DNA of 63,963 nt, counting the filler, from Octopus bimaculoides (taxonomy: Eukaryota): NCBI RefSeq assembly GCF_001194135.2. It is 4 parts of 3 records of this genome, joined end to end, with 100 filler letters (N's around TTAATTAATTAA, not from the genome) between each part and the next. Parts side by side here need not be neighbours in the genome. Positions count along the whole stretch, not along the records: positions 1 to 13,359 come from NC_068982.1; positions 13,460 to 42,973 come from NC_068982.1; 2 more parts are not named here. The stretch is one strand, 5' to 3'. The notes beneath the pieces are model-generated. The model was not told the DNA's origin. It worked only from the letters and a program-made list of their open reading frames with translations, and did no database searches. The translations under genes and the position numbers were made by a program. Of the stretch, positions 13,118-25,795 are shown piece after piece (position 1 is the first letter of the stretch; every line of letters begins with the position of its first letter).

Positions 13118-13318
13118 ATATGTATGCATATATATGCAGAGAAATATTTATGTGAAGTAAATGTAGCATAATATATACTAGTGTAAGATTGTACATAAGT
13201 AATTTTTATATAATGTTGTATTATTCATGATTATAATCGACTCGGATGTGTGTGTGCGTGAGTGTGTGTGTATGTGTGTGTATCCATACATACATATACA
13301 TAGATATATGCACACATA

Positions 13319-13359
<41 letters not shown>

Positions 13360-13403
13360 NNNNNNNNNNNNNNNNNNNNNNNNNNNNNNNNNNNNNNNNN
13401 NNN

Positions 13404-13415
13404 TTAATTAATTAA
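13404..13415. other. Assembly linker TTAATTAATTAA centred in a 100-nt gap (also 43018-43029 and 56677-56688)
   Basis: Identical 44N + 12-mer + 44N layout three times. The 12-mer gives stops in all six frames. Confidence 0.9.
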
Positions 13416-13506
13416 NNNNNNNNNNNNNNNNNNNNNNNNNNNNNNNNNNNNNNNNNNNNTAGAGGACACTTGCCCAGGGTGCCGCGCTGTGAGACTGAAC
13501 CTGGAA

Positions 13507-13552
<46 letters not shown>

Positions 13553-13639
13553 ATGCTTTTATTCTGTTAGGTGTTTTATTTACTGGATAGTGGTCGCGTT
13601 GGTGCATTCGTTTGGTGTGTTCAATCGAAGTTATCGATC

Positions 13640-14010
13640 TCTCTTCTTATACTGAATCCGGTACTTATCTTATCTCTTTTATTTATTTATTTTTTTTTCT
13701 TAGACGACCGCTAAATTATGGAGATTCGAGCAACAAACCAACATTGTTTGTCAAGGTGTCTGTGGGGGAAAAGTTACGTCTGCGGTCTCACACACACACA
13801 AACATAGATACACAGATGCACTGATGCATAATCACACATATTTAAATATATCATATCAGAAAGTCTTTCACATAGTTTCTATGTAGGAAATTCTTTCATA
13901 ACGCATTCGTCTCCCGAGGCGTTATTAGAAGGCACGTATCTCCACCAAAGGTAGCATTCTTTGTAACTGAACCTGAAACTGCATTGTTGCGATGCGAACT
14001 TCTTAACCAC
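13640..14010 (-). mobile_element. SINE family A, old decayed copy
   Basis: ccgctaaattatggaga...ttgtcaag...acacacac...cagaaagtctttc...gaacttcttaaccac. Confidence 0.55.
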
Positions 14011-14119
14011 CGAGCAATGTATATATACATATGCATATATCTATATTTACGTACATACATATATTTATAAATATATATTATACTTTACACTTGTATACAC
14101 ATAATCGTACACTCACACT

Positions 14120-14161
<42 letters not shown>

Positions 14162-14169
14162 TATGTATG

Positions 14170-14248
<79 letters not shown>

Positions 14249-15047
14249 CTTCTCTCCAACTCCATTATTAACCAGTATCGGAATCTTTGCAAAAGATTAT
14301 AGCGGCTGCCTCTCCTCTTCTGACTAAGCCACTAAAAAGTAAATAATAAATAATAATAAAATACGCATGATTGAGAACGCTATGAATTTGAATATATAAT
14401 ATTATTCTATCACATCCTAGACACTCTAGCAATGATAATGGAGATTAAGGGACTAGTGCTCTGTGGATTTACAATAATAGACACAAAAATACTAGTTATA
14501 ACATCCAGAAATTATTTTAGGAAAGCAAAAGACATCAGAAATATCAACATTAACATAAATTTGAGTGATAAATGACAATGAAAAAAATGGATATGGATTC
14601 TTTTCATATCAGTTCTGCTAACTCAACGAAATCCCACAAATGATGATAAATAAAATAAAATTATGGACAACAAAATGACTCATCATAGAAAATATGATAA
14701 TAAACAATGGATGGGCGAAAACGAGATGTATGAAAAAGTTACAGTAATGATATTTAATGTAATATACGTTGCAGATTCGGTATTTCTAATTCCAATTATA
14801 GAATCCTACAAATTAACAATGATAACGATAAATAATCACACATGCAGACGCACTATATGTTTGGCTATACACATAAACACATACACACACACACTGAAGC
14901 AGGCATATAGCATACATATGTGTATGTCTCTCGGTGTATATGTGTATTGGAACACCAAAGGAAAATGAAAGAGGTCAAACTGGTTTGTAGACACATACAT
15001 GCTTACAAAAGTACATATAGTTGTATATATACACACACCGCATGTAT

Positions 15048-15105
<58 letters not shown>

Positions 15106-15164
15106 TGTATGTTGCATGTACGTAGGTATATAATACATAAATGTCTTTATGTATGAGTGAGTGT

Positions 15165-16030
15165 CTGACCCCAGAATGTCATCTTTGTGTTTCTAAAGTT
15201 TTGATGGCAAAGTTCGATGACTCGGGAAGGTGGTGGATGATAGACATTTCACGAAATTCCTTCATCACCACTGAATTCACCGGTTTAGATTAAGATCATC
15301 TCAACGTTCCACTGTTGCTGTCTTGTCTTTCAGCAAAGATGTGCTGTCAGATAATTGGTTCTATGGAGTAATACCTGGAGCCGTAGAGTTTATTTATTCC
15401 ATCAAAGAAATTGGGCTTACTATGTCTTTCTCCATGCATCTGGATCTTTTGAGCTGTTGCAATCCGTCAAACATTTCTTCTTTCTTTTGCTCCCCGTTTT
15501 TGTTACCTTTCAGTGAGTTGGTGTTTTCTGCACTATATGCAATTAGCAGCGGTCCTTAACACGTTATTCCCTTTTCTTCTAGATATTGTTTTCTATATGC
15601 CAGCTGTAGTTTCTATTATCTCTGCTTCACTTCATTAGGTAGATATATTCCAGTACTTTTTATGATTTTTTTTCCTAGTTCATAGCTATATCACATATTT
15701 CGTTTCATAAAATTATCCCAATGTCGTTTCCAGATATTTTCAGTTTGCACTAAAGAGTGCAGTTGTTTCTTCTCCTTTTCATAAAGATAAATCACCATAA
15801 ATAGGAGAAGATTTACTTCACTCTTCTTTCCCAATGGGTACCCTGTCGAAGATTAATTAGGAATGATCGATAATGGCATCAAGGCGATTATAAACAAGAT
15901 ACGAGTATCTTCCTCTAGCTGATGTTATCACTACTTTCCATCGATGCATTACGTTATCTAGCAGGCATCTAGCTTTTTTGAGATATTGAAGAGTTCTAGG
16001 TATTTCTTGATCCACGTGTTGGGTCTAAGT
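15165..16030 (-). mobile_element. R4/Dong-clade non-LTR retrotransposon RT relic, heavily frameshifted
   Basis: Minus-strand pieces WIKKYLELFNISKK, LFIIALMPLS and EKEKKQLHSLVQT..SGNDIG match R4-type RT segments. Confidence 0.6.
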
Positions 16031-16549
16031 CGTACGTTCTTCTATAACACTGTGTAACAAAATTTTTATTTATTTATCTTTTTTGTCTTTGGTCAGTGTT
16101 ATATACTATTTGCTTCTATATAGAAATCAAAGGAAATGACTTCCATTCCCTTCAAACTTTCCTTTTGTGACCTGGACACAGTTTTATCCTGGGATCGATG
16201 TAATCGACTTATCTCCTCTGGAAATTACCGTCCTTGGGCCAAAATTTGAAATCAGTATTAATGTAGTGGCATCTAATGTTTTCGAGTGTAATCTTATATG
16301 TCACAGAGATTATTTTGCAATTTTTTCTTTAATCTTAGTTCGATTTACTGTCCTCAAATTAACTCCAGTTCTATCAGTTTCTGCCCTAGTTTTTTCAAGG
16401 TTTTCTAATTGATCATTATCGTGACGATTTTCATCAAATTTCCTCTCTTCTTTCTCCTCTTTCATCTACAAGTGTCGTAATCTAGGGGCCGGCTATGATG
16501 GCCAAATTCTCCCGATTCTGAGAGGAATTATCTTCACACATTTTGTTTC

Positions 16550-16904
16550 GATGTAATTGTTCTGTATTGTAACATATAATTGCCAACCAAGTGTGGCGTC
16601 CTATACGGGACAATGCTACTGGTGATTATAGCACCAGGATGACATCTCTTGCAGCTGCCTAACGACACACATTCTGTGTCCGATTAGTATTTGCGAGAAG
16701 TCATCGCTCCCATCCCGAGCCTTACGTGATATACACAGACACGAGTTTCTGGGTGGTTACCTGTCTTCAGCGTGTGTAATCACCAGCACACTACCGGGGA
16801 ACTAAGGTAACACCTCTTATTTTTCGAGCACCTTCAGGAGTATTCGAGCGGTTCCAAGCAGTGTTGTTTTCTGTAAGTGCTCCACCCTTATTGCAGCCCC
16901 TATT
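16550..16904 (-). mobile_element. 5'-truncated R4/Dong-clade element (second 3' UTR type), 5' end abutting (TAA)n
   Basis: 16903-16817 translates IGAAIRVEHLQKTTLLGTARILLKVLEK*, the typical R4/Dong C-terminus, followed by a 3' UTR. The left boundary is approximate. Confidence 0.8.
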
Positions 16905-16912
16905 TGTTATTA

Positions 16913-16973
<61 letters not shown>

Positions 16974-16977
16974 CATC

Positions 16978-17105
16978 ATTATTCCGCCGAGGTCGACTTT
17001 GCCTTTCAACCTTTCGGGGTCGATAAATTAAGTACCAGCTGAGGTTGATCTAATCGACTGGTCCCCTCCCGAAAAATTTCGAATCTTGTGTCCAGAGTAG
17101 AAAAG
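16978..17105 (+). mobile_element. SINE family B, 5'-truncated
   Basis: attccgccgaggtcgactttgcc...gtcgataaattaagtaccag...agtagaaaagattat. Confidence 0.8.
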
Positions 17106-17145
17106 ATTATCATTATCATTATTATCATTATTATTATTATTATCA

Positions 17146-17244
17146 TTCCTTCGTAACACGGTGTAGGTAAAATTGCACCGGAGTCTTTAGTCATCTGCCA
17201 AGTCACAGCAAGGACCTCAGACAGATAATACTTTTAGATATGCG

Positions 17245-17245
<1 letters not shown>
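17146..17245 (-). mobile_element. Very short R4/Dong-like 3' end (third 3' UTR type) embedded in (TAA)n
   Basis: Minus strand gcgcatatc..aaagtattatctgtctga = AHI..KVLSV* plus a short UTR, with ATT-type repeats on both sides. Confidence 0.5.
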
Positions 17246-17316
<71 letters not shown>

Positions 17317-17321
17317 TATTA

Positions 17322-17451
17322 TTCCACCGAGTTCGACTTTGCTTTCATCCTTTCGGAGTCGATGAAATAATTACCAGTTACGCACTGGGGTCGATGCAAT
17401 CGACTAGTCCCCTCCCAAAAAAGTTGAGGCCTTGTGCCTATAATAGAAAGG

Positions 17452-17455
<4 letters not shown>
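17322..17455 (+). mobile_element. SINE family B, 5'-truncated, with (ATC)n tail
   Basis: attccaccgagttcgactttgc...ggggtcgatgcaatcgact...aatagaaaggatcatcatc. Confidence 0.8.
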
Positions 17456-17494
<39 letters not shown>

Positions 17495-18564
17495 GTTAAA
17501 ACGTTTCCAATTTTATGAACAAAACAGTAGTGGATTGCGAGAAACGGTACAATGATTTTTACCTCTATGTTCAAATACACACACACACACATGCATACAA
17601 ATACTATGTATGTATGTGTTTGTCTGTGTGTGTGTATGTGTATGTATGTATGAACGTATGTGTGTATGTATGTATGTATGTATGTATGTATTTGAATGAT
17701 GGTGTAAAATAAATCAGTCAAGTGCGTTACTGATTTAATTTACTGGTATTGCTCCAGCACTTTATGATTTGGTGGCAAAATCTCATATCAATAATGAACA
17801 GTGAAAATTTGATATTTTCCACATAATTATGATATTAGCACACATGTGGGTTGACAAAATCGGTAGAGAGTCCGACTAAAGTCGACTGCATTTTTCAACA
17901 CTGTTTTAAATAACCCCACCTTAATTTGTATGCATTCTGGAAATTATAACTCCTTGTAACTAATCTAGATATTCCCAACCTCATAAATTTTATCTCCATC
18001 ATTTTTATATTTGTTACGCCCACATCTAAATATCTATATATAGAAAATATATTTATTAAAAACAAAAAGAAAACTAAAAACTCCAATAAATATTCAATTA
18101 CGAATTAGAAGCAGTGCTAGAGTTGTAAACATTATCGCTTACACATACTCAGTGTACGGTTTTCACATTATTTATATGTATCATAGACTGGTGATTCAAT
18201 TCGTCCCAGGTTCGATCCAGGAACGTGATGTTGCTAAGCCACAAAAATAGCGAAATATCGATATCCATCACTTCTGAATGGGATTAGGGGCCTGTCGTCC
18301 CGCCTTCTATGACTTTTAGGTGTTTTAAGATCCAATGCTTTAAGGAAGTTATCTCCACCGTGATGAAAATAGTCTCGATAATGATCTATTAAAAAACTTT
18401 GAAAAAACAAGGGCAGAAACTGATAGAACTGGGGGCCTTAGGATCAGTTAATTTGAGGACAGTAAATCGAACTAAAGTTAAAGGACAAAATTGCAAAGTA
18501 ATCTGTGTGATATATAAGATTACACTCGAAAACGTTAGATGCCAGTACATTAATATTGATTTCA

Positions 18565-18767
18565 AATTTTGGCCCAAGGGCGGCAATTTCCGGAGGGAAT
18601 AAGTCGATTACATCGATCTCAGGATGAAATAGATATTTATTTTATTGACCCCGAAAGGATTAAAGGCAAAGTCGGCCACTCTGGAATTCGAACTCAGAAC
18701 ATAAAGAAGGGAGAAATGCCTCTAAGCATTTTCCCCGGCATGCTAACGATTCTGCCAGCTCGCCGCC
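18565..18767 (-). mobile_element. SINE family B
   Basis: Ends in ctaacgattctgccagctcgccgcc, the reverse-complement head. Confidence 0.8.
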
Positions 18768-19416
18768 CTATCAACACATTAATATTATCATGTGCTGATG
18801 TAGTCTCAGAATTGTTGCAGAAAAATTTAAAAAATTAAAGGACCAACAGGAACCCTAGTAGAAAATACGAGCACTAATGAGGATTAACGACCTCGATAAA
18901 AATATCAGCAATCTGGATTAGTAGAAGCATAGTAAACTAGAGAACAAGCAAAACATACACTGACTATATGCGGTCGATAATATTTACAACACTAGCACTA
19001 CTTCTAATTCATAATTTAATTTAAAACCCTACGTTTGTATCATCGTAGCATATCAGCAAATGGTTTTTACACTACTTCTATATACTCATAGAGTGGCGTT
19101 TCTTTTTGCCCTATTTCAATGCAGTGTAAGATATTAATAAGGCACAAAAATGGCAAAAGTATATATATCTGTTACTTCTGGATTGGATTAAGGAAGAGTT
19201 GTCTGACCTGTCTATAAATAAACTAAATAATAATAATAATAATAATGATAAAACTCAAATGAAAATCAAATAAATAGTCCGTGTGTTTAATTGGCAAAAG
19301 ATGACCGTCCCCAAATATAACAATTTCCGATGTTATTATTTTCCAATAAACTATTTTTTGGTGCACGCAAAACATATAAAGTTGCTGAAGTCCCTCATAA
19401 AAATCAAGATTATTAA

Positions 19417-19580
19417 TAGGCGCAGGAGTGGCTGTGGGGTAAGTAGCTTGCTTACCAACCACATGGTTCGGGTTCAGTCCCACTGCGTGGAATCTTGGGC
19501 AAGTGTCTTCTACTATAGCCTCGGGTCAACTAAAGCCTTGTGAGTGGATTTGGTAGACGGAAACTGAAAGAAGCCCGTCG

Positions 19581-19661
<81 letters not shown>

Positions 19662-19868
19662 GATGTTTGTGTGTCTGTGTTCGTCGCCCTAGCATAGCTT
19701 GACAACTGATGCTGGTGTGTGTATGTCCCCGTCACTTAGCGATTCGGCAAAAAGAGACCGATAGAATAAGTACTAGGCTTACAAAGAATAAGTCCCGGGG
19801 TCGATTTGCTTGACTAAAGGTGGTGATCCAGCATGGCCACAGTCAAATGACTGAAACAAGTAAAAGAA
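19417..19868 (+). mobile_element. SINE family A, near full-length reference copy
   Basis: tRNA-like head with A box (tggctgtggggtaag) and B box (ggttcagtccc), ccttgggcaagtg-like core, central (TA)n/(TATG)n and tail gtcaaatgactgaaacaagtaaaaga. Confidence 0.9.
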
Positions 19869-19927
19869 CAAGTAAAATGAACAGACCCCTGTACTTATTT
19901 TCTTTACCGCCTGATACTTATTGTATC

Positions 19928-20225
19928 ATAGCCTCGGACCGACCAACGCCTTGTGAGTGGATTTGGTAGACGGAAACTGAAGAAATGTTTGTGTGTGCGT
20001 GTTTTTGTGCCTGTGTTTGTCCCTCTTTACCACCGATTGACAAGCGGCTTCGGTGTGTTTGCGTCCCCGTAAATTAGCGGTTCGGCAAAAGGCTTCGATA
20101 AAATAAGTACCAGGCGGTAAAGAAAATAAGTACAGGGGTCGGTTCATTTCTACTAAAAATTCTCCAAGGTGGTGCCCCAGCATGGCCTCAGTCTAATGAC
20201 TGAAACAAGTAACAGAATAAAAGAA
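19928..20225 (+). mobile_element. SINE family A variant, 5'-truncated, preceded by an inverted copy of its own interior
   Basis: Starts at atagcctcggaccgacc. 19884-19922 is the reverse complement of 20102-20140. Confidence 0.75.
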
Positions 20226-20644
20226 TATTCAGCCATAATTATACAAAATGTACATTGTTCAACATGTACAGCCTTTTTTTTAGTTGTGTTTAAATAACTA
20301 TTTGGCTGGCATTTCTAGCAAAGCAACTAACCTAGTAGTAGAAGGTCTTTGGACTTCCTCGTATGCGATGTATAATACAAGTCGCTGTAATATAGGTCAC
20401 TGCTATCAAATCTATACGTCTTCCATACAGATTTCTGGCCTTGTGCCAAATGTAGAGAATCCCCATTATGAAAGAAAACGCTATCCTACATAAAATGGCA
20501 ATATAATATATTCTTCGGTTACACAGACTTCTAGTCAGACAGTGTTTTATCAAGGGAATTGGATGTTGTAAAGAGTACTCCGTTCCCTGAGACATTCGCA
20601 ATATAAATGAGTTAAAACGGCTCCAATCTGTAATCAACACCGGG

Positions 20645-20738
<94 letters not shown>

Positions 20739-21854
20739 TGTTTATAAGTATATGTACATATTACATACACATGTTTGTATATGCGTCCGTGAGAATGAGC
20801 GTTTGTATCTATGGATGTGTGTGTGTGTGTGTGTGTGTGAAATGTACGGAGCATATACTTCAAGCGCTCAACTTCATATTGTTTGGAAAGAATAATTTTT
20901 TTTTTCTTAAACCAATCAGAGAGGTTTGCAAAAGATATTCACCCAAAATAAATTTCCACCGTGTCATGTTTAAAAACTGGACCCAAACCTTTGTTCAATT
21001 ATTTTCTTACAAGATTTCTTTTCGATTTAATTATAAATTCTAACTGCGTTTTCAGTTGGACAGTTATAACAGTAAGGTAATATTTTATTTCAAATTCTAG
21101 CAGCAGTTGTTCGACTTCATTCATTATTTGAAGGAATAGAAGTTGCATTCAGAAATTTCCTCTTCCACTAAAAAACCAATTACACAATGTGGCTTCCACA
21201 AACAGGACGGCAGCTTGCTTTTATCTCCACTCTATGTATTATACTTTGAATGAATCTACATTACTTTTTGCGAACATAAAACTGTTTCTTCCTGAAAGAA
21301 ATTGATATCTGTCAGGAGTTAAGCATAATGCTGTCTTTGGAAAATGTTGGTCGAGAAGAAAAGGACATTTTGTACAATTCAAAGAGGCTTGCGTAGGATA
21401 TCCATCAAACACACACACACGCACGCACACACACATACACATACACACACAAACACACAACCCCCCTTACTATCCACACATGAGTGCATATTTTAACGAC
21501 ACAAGCTCGACACACAACATGCACAAACACATACCACTCACAATACACATGATCCCTCCAATTTCTTGCATACTGTATGATCACGTGGGGGATGGGCCAC
21601 ATTTCAGTTTAAAAAAGAGAGAGAATAAGAATGCAATAAAGGAAAATAAGAAATAATTCAATAGTTCGGTATTCAATAATTACTGCTAGCTTTGTACTCA
21701 CCTTTTTACAAAGATTTCTTTCAGGAAATTTTTGGGACAAAGTAGAATAGTACTTAAAAGCACACATATCTGTAAATCAGTAGCTATATGAAAGCATTAT
21801 TGCTGTTAAAAACAGTAATAATGAGGAGGTTAGCAAGACTTCTACCTTAATAGG

Positions 21855-22800
21855 TATAATATTAAATATTTGAATAAAAGAAGGGTAAAAATACCGCCTG
21901 CCAAAAATAAAAGCGAAAGCTTCAAAAACCACCAATCCTACTCTTTTACTCTTTTACTTGTTTCAGTCATTTGACTGGCCATGCTGGAGCACCGCCTTTT
22001 TAGTCGAGCTAATCGACCCCAGGACTTATTCTTTTTAAGCCTAGTGCTTATTCTATCGGTCTCTTTTGCCGAACCGCTAAGTTACGGGGATGTAAACACA
22101 CCAGTATCGGTTGTCAAGCGATGTTGGGGGGATAAACACAGATATACACACANNNNNNNNNNNNNNNNNNNNNNNNNNNNNNNNNNNNNNNNNNNNNNNN
22201 NNNNNNNNNNNNNNNNNNNNNNNNNNNNNNNNNNNNNNNNNNNNNNNNNNNNNNNNNNNNNNNNNNNNNNNNNNNNNNNNNNNNNNNNNNNNNNNNNNNN
22301 NNNNNNNNNNNNNNNNNNNNNNNNNNNNNNNNNNNNNNNNNNNNNNNNNNNNNNNNNNNNNNNNNNNNNNNNNNNNNNNNNGCCATGCAGAGGGACTGAA
22401 CCCTGAACCATGTGGATCGTAAGCATACTATTTACCACACAGCCATTCCTACGCCTACGATAAATACACACACGAAAGTTTTATCTTTCAACGGAGCGGG
22501 ACGTTTAAAAATTCGAAACGCACACGAGTTTGACGTAGTGAATATTTTGGTAATAGATGGTACAATCTCCAAACCGAAGATTGGAAAGCATGTTTTCTTA
22601 TGCGCAGCATGAGATCAATTGATATTGGGGAATGTAAACTATCTTCAAATTCCATCCTGAAGGTAGGCCTATTTTTTAAAGTGTTCATTGCATTGCTCGT
22701 GTGTGTATTTATCGTAGAATTGGTGGTTTTTGAAGCCTTCGCTTTTATTTTTGGAAAGCGGAATTTTTACCCTTCTTTTATTCAAATATTTAATATCATA
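21855..22800. mobile_element. Foldback/MITE-like element with about 104-bp inverted arms, left arm split by a SINE
   Basis: Left arm 21855-21941 plus 22459-22475 is the reverse complement of 22697-22800, with few mismatches. Confidence 0.75.
21942..22457 (-). mobile_element. SINE family A with a gap at its internal microsatellite
   Basis: High similarity to the reverse complement of 19417-19868. cctac is present at both junctions. Confidence 0.9.
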
Positions 22801-22928
22801 TCTGTAAATCGATATAATTGTAGTCTACATCGCAAAAACGTATGGGTAAATAAAGTCAAGATGCGTGAAATGTCACCCCCACCCACTCATTTTACGTTCT
22901 TTCCGCGTCAGTTTCCAGCTGTTACGCC

Positions 22929-23634
22929 TTGAGTACAGACGTGTATTACATCAAGTTTTACCAAAAGTTTGCTGATATTAAAGCTCAAACCACCCAGAAG
23001 ATTCAGCAAGCCTTTGATGAGGGTATGGGCAAAACTCAGATAAAGGAGTGGCACAACCGCTTCAAACATGGCCGCACCTCAGCAGAGAGCAAGGCATGCT
23101 CGAGCAGGCTTATCTGCAAGCCGAAACGAAGAACCATCTGAGAAGTTTCGGGGAATAGTCATGGAAGATCATTATGTAACAGTTCAGAAAATTGCTCCCG
23201 AAGTGAAAATAAGCACAAAATCAATGCATTTCATCTCAACGGAGGATTTGTGCCTGCGGGGAGTGTCGGTGAAATTCGTCCCCAAGTTGCTGGCGGAGCA
23301 GCAGAAGCAACTCTGCATGGAAACTGCTCAGGATATATGCTGCACTGTGCAAACCACGAACCTGACTTCATGAAAACCATTATCACTAGTGATGAGACAC
23401 GGGTTTATGGTCTCTGCTCGATGTGTTCGGTCACCTTTGGGAAAACGAAAATCCGACAAGAGCGCACTACACATCTGTAGTCTAAGCATAACAGCCGAGA
23501 ACTGAAGCAGCCTAACGCAAAAGTTTTAACGCATGCTCAGAAAGAATGGCGTTACTCCTAACCAAAGGATTTTACCCACGCGGCATTAGTTTTGGCGGAA
23601 AATAAAGTCGGTTATTTTTTAAACGCATGTTGTA
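22929..23634 (+). mobile_element. Mariner transposase relic (HTH to first catalytic Asp), internally deleted
   Basis: Frameshifted pieces YYIKFYQK...KIQQAFDEGMGKTQIKEWHNRFKHGRTS, VSVKFVPKLLAEQQKQL and DFMKTIITSDETRVY. TIR-like end gtcggttattttttaaacgcatgttgta. Confidence 0.85.
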
Positions 23635-23696
23635 TGTTATCCTAGTTACAGTTACATTTCAAAATGTTAGACATTATTAATTATTTGAAATATATA

Positions 23697-23875
23697 AGGC
23701 GGCGAGCTGTCAAAATTGCTAGTGCGCAGGAAAAATTGCTTTTTATCGACTTCACGCTGAGATCAACTTTGTTTTTGGAGTCGATAAAATAAGTACCAGT
23801 TGAGCACTGGGGTCAATGTAATCAACTTACCTCGTCCCCTGAAATTGATGAACTTGTGCCAAGATTTGAAACATA
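23697..23875 (+). mobile_element. SINE family B with internal deletion
   Basis: aaggcggcgagctgtc...gtcgataaaataagtaccagttgagcactggggtc...cttgtgccaagatttgaaac. Confidence 0.75.
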
Positions 23876-25334
23876 TTTATTTGAAATATATTTTATAGAG
23901 AATGCTATTTATTCAACTGTAACTCATTCTAATGACTACTTCCATCTAGGATAACTAATGTGATTCAGAATATAAATAGAAATCAATGACAAAATGTATC
24001 CCTTAAATTTCGGAATCTCACCAACAGTTTGTATATACGGACATTGAAAGTTAACACTCTCAAAAATGTATCTATTGTAAAATAAAATGTATTTTTCTCA
24101 AAAATTAATTCTATCAAATATAGAACTGAAGTTATGCAGATTTCAAATTGCAGAATGACTGTATACAAACCTGTATTCGTATGGGCATAATTATATATTC
24201 ATATATCTATAAATAAGCATATACATGCTGTTGAGAGCATGTATATGAGTGCGAGTGTACATGTACGCATTTATGTGTCTATGTATGTATGTATGTATGT
24301 ATGTATGTATGTACATACAAATATATGTAAAAAATATATATATATCTTTATGTATGTGTATGTATATGTGTATATATGCATGTATAGATATATAATGTAT
24401 ATATGTGGGTGTGAGTATATGTCTCTCTTTCTATATATATATATTATATTATGGTTGTGTGCATGTATATATGTCATGTCAGTTGGCAAACTTTGCGTTT
24501 TTGTGTATGTTTGAGTGTTTGTGCCTGTGTGTGTGCGTTAGCTTGTCTCTGTTTGAACTAAAAACATATCACTTCTACTAACAGCCAAGATAATAATATG
24601 GAAAATAAACGAAAAACAAAACAATCAAATAACACTCAAGAAAGAAAATCCAATTAAAAATATATGGAAGGAGACAAAATAAAAAGTGGTGACAAAATAT
24701 GATGACGATAATGTTGATGAAATAGAGTTTTGGGAGACAAGAAATGATTTCTTTTTCCCGATTTCTTTTTTATTCGTTAGAAAAATGTACGCCTCAAAAC
24801 TGGACTGCAGTTTACACAGACATATTTCGACGCAATTCGGAGAAAGCTATGACGCCATATTACATAGTTTTTTACACGATTCAGAATGGTTAATATAACA
24901 AAAACATGTATGCTTCGGAAGAGCTCGAACACATAGTAAACATACTATTCTATTAATTGGAAGTCGGGTATGATATGATCTTCGTAGGAAAGTAAAAGAT
25001 AAACAATAATAATAATAATAATAATAATACTAATAATAACAACAATAGTAATAATAATAACAACGTCAACAATTGTGGTAGTAATAGTAATAATTATAAC
25101 AATAATAACAACAACGACAAGAAAAGAAGAGGAGGAGAAATAGGACGATGACGATGACGTGAACTAGGAGAAGAAAGAACGAAGACAGGGTGACGAGATG
25201 GAAATTATTTTCTGTATTCGTGATGAAAAAATATGTATTTTGCTTTATCTTTTATTAAGCATCCTTCTTGTTGAGTTTTCAATCATGTGATGAGTGTATT
25301 TGTGTGTGTATGTGTGTGTATGTGTGTGTGTGTC

Positions 25335-25375
<41 letters not shown>

Positions 25376-25436
25376 GTAAAGAAAAAGACAAGTAAACAGA
25401 TTGAAAGAGAAAGAGAGAGATGGGACAGAGAGAGAG

Positions 25437-25485
<49 letters not shown>

Positions 25486-25509
25486 AAGAGAGAGAGAGAA
25501 AGAGAGATA

Positions 25510-25553
<44 letters not shown>

Positions 25554-25754
25554 ATTCAAAACATTTCTTCGTTCATATACCATCTGATGATTACCTCCCA
25601 GGCAACAATCTGAATAAATTTTAAAGAATTGTCAACTTTCGCGATAATATACGTTATAATATATAAACATAATGAGAAGCACACACACAGACACACACAC
25701 ACATACACACACGCACACACGTAAACTCATACACTTATGCACATAGACACACAG

Positions 25755-25795
<41 letters not shown>

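Larger units (their letters stand above)
16193..18618. repeat. Inverted duplication, arms 16193-16436 and 18361-18618 (SINE B tail plus about 190 bp non-SINE flank)
   Basis: ccttgggccaaaatttgaaatca...gttttcgagtgtaatcttatat...ttagttcgatttactgtcctcaaattaact...cagttctatcagtttctgccc matches the reverse complement of the second arm apart from a short indel. Confidence 0.85.

Noticed and set aside
13360-13459. PacI-like TTAATTAATTAA palindrome recurring three times
   Set aside because: Always centred in exactly 44N+12+44N; a scaffolding linker, not biology.
20950-21400. Possible pogo/Tigger HTH relic (VEATLCNWF) on the minus strand
   Set aside because: Only a few residues match and the frames are too broken to support a call.
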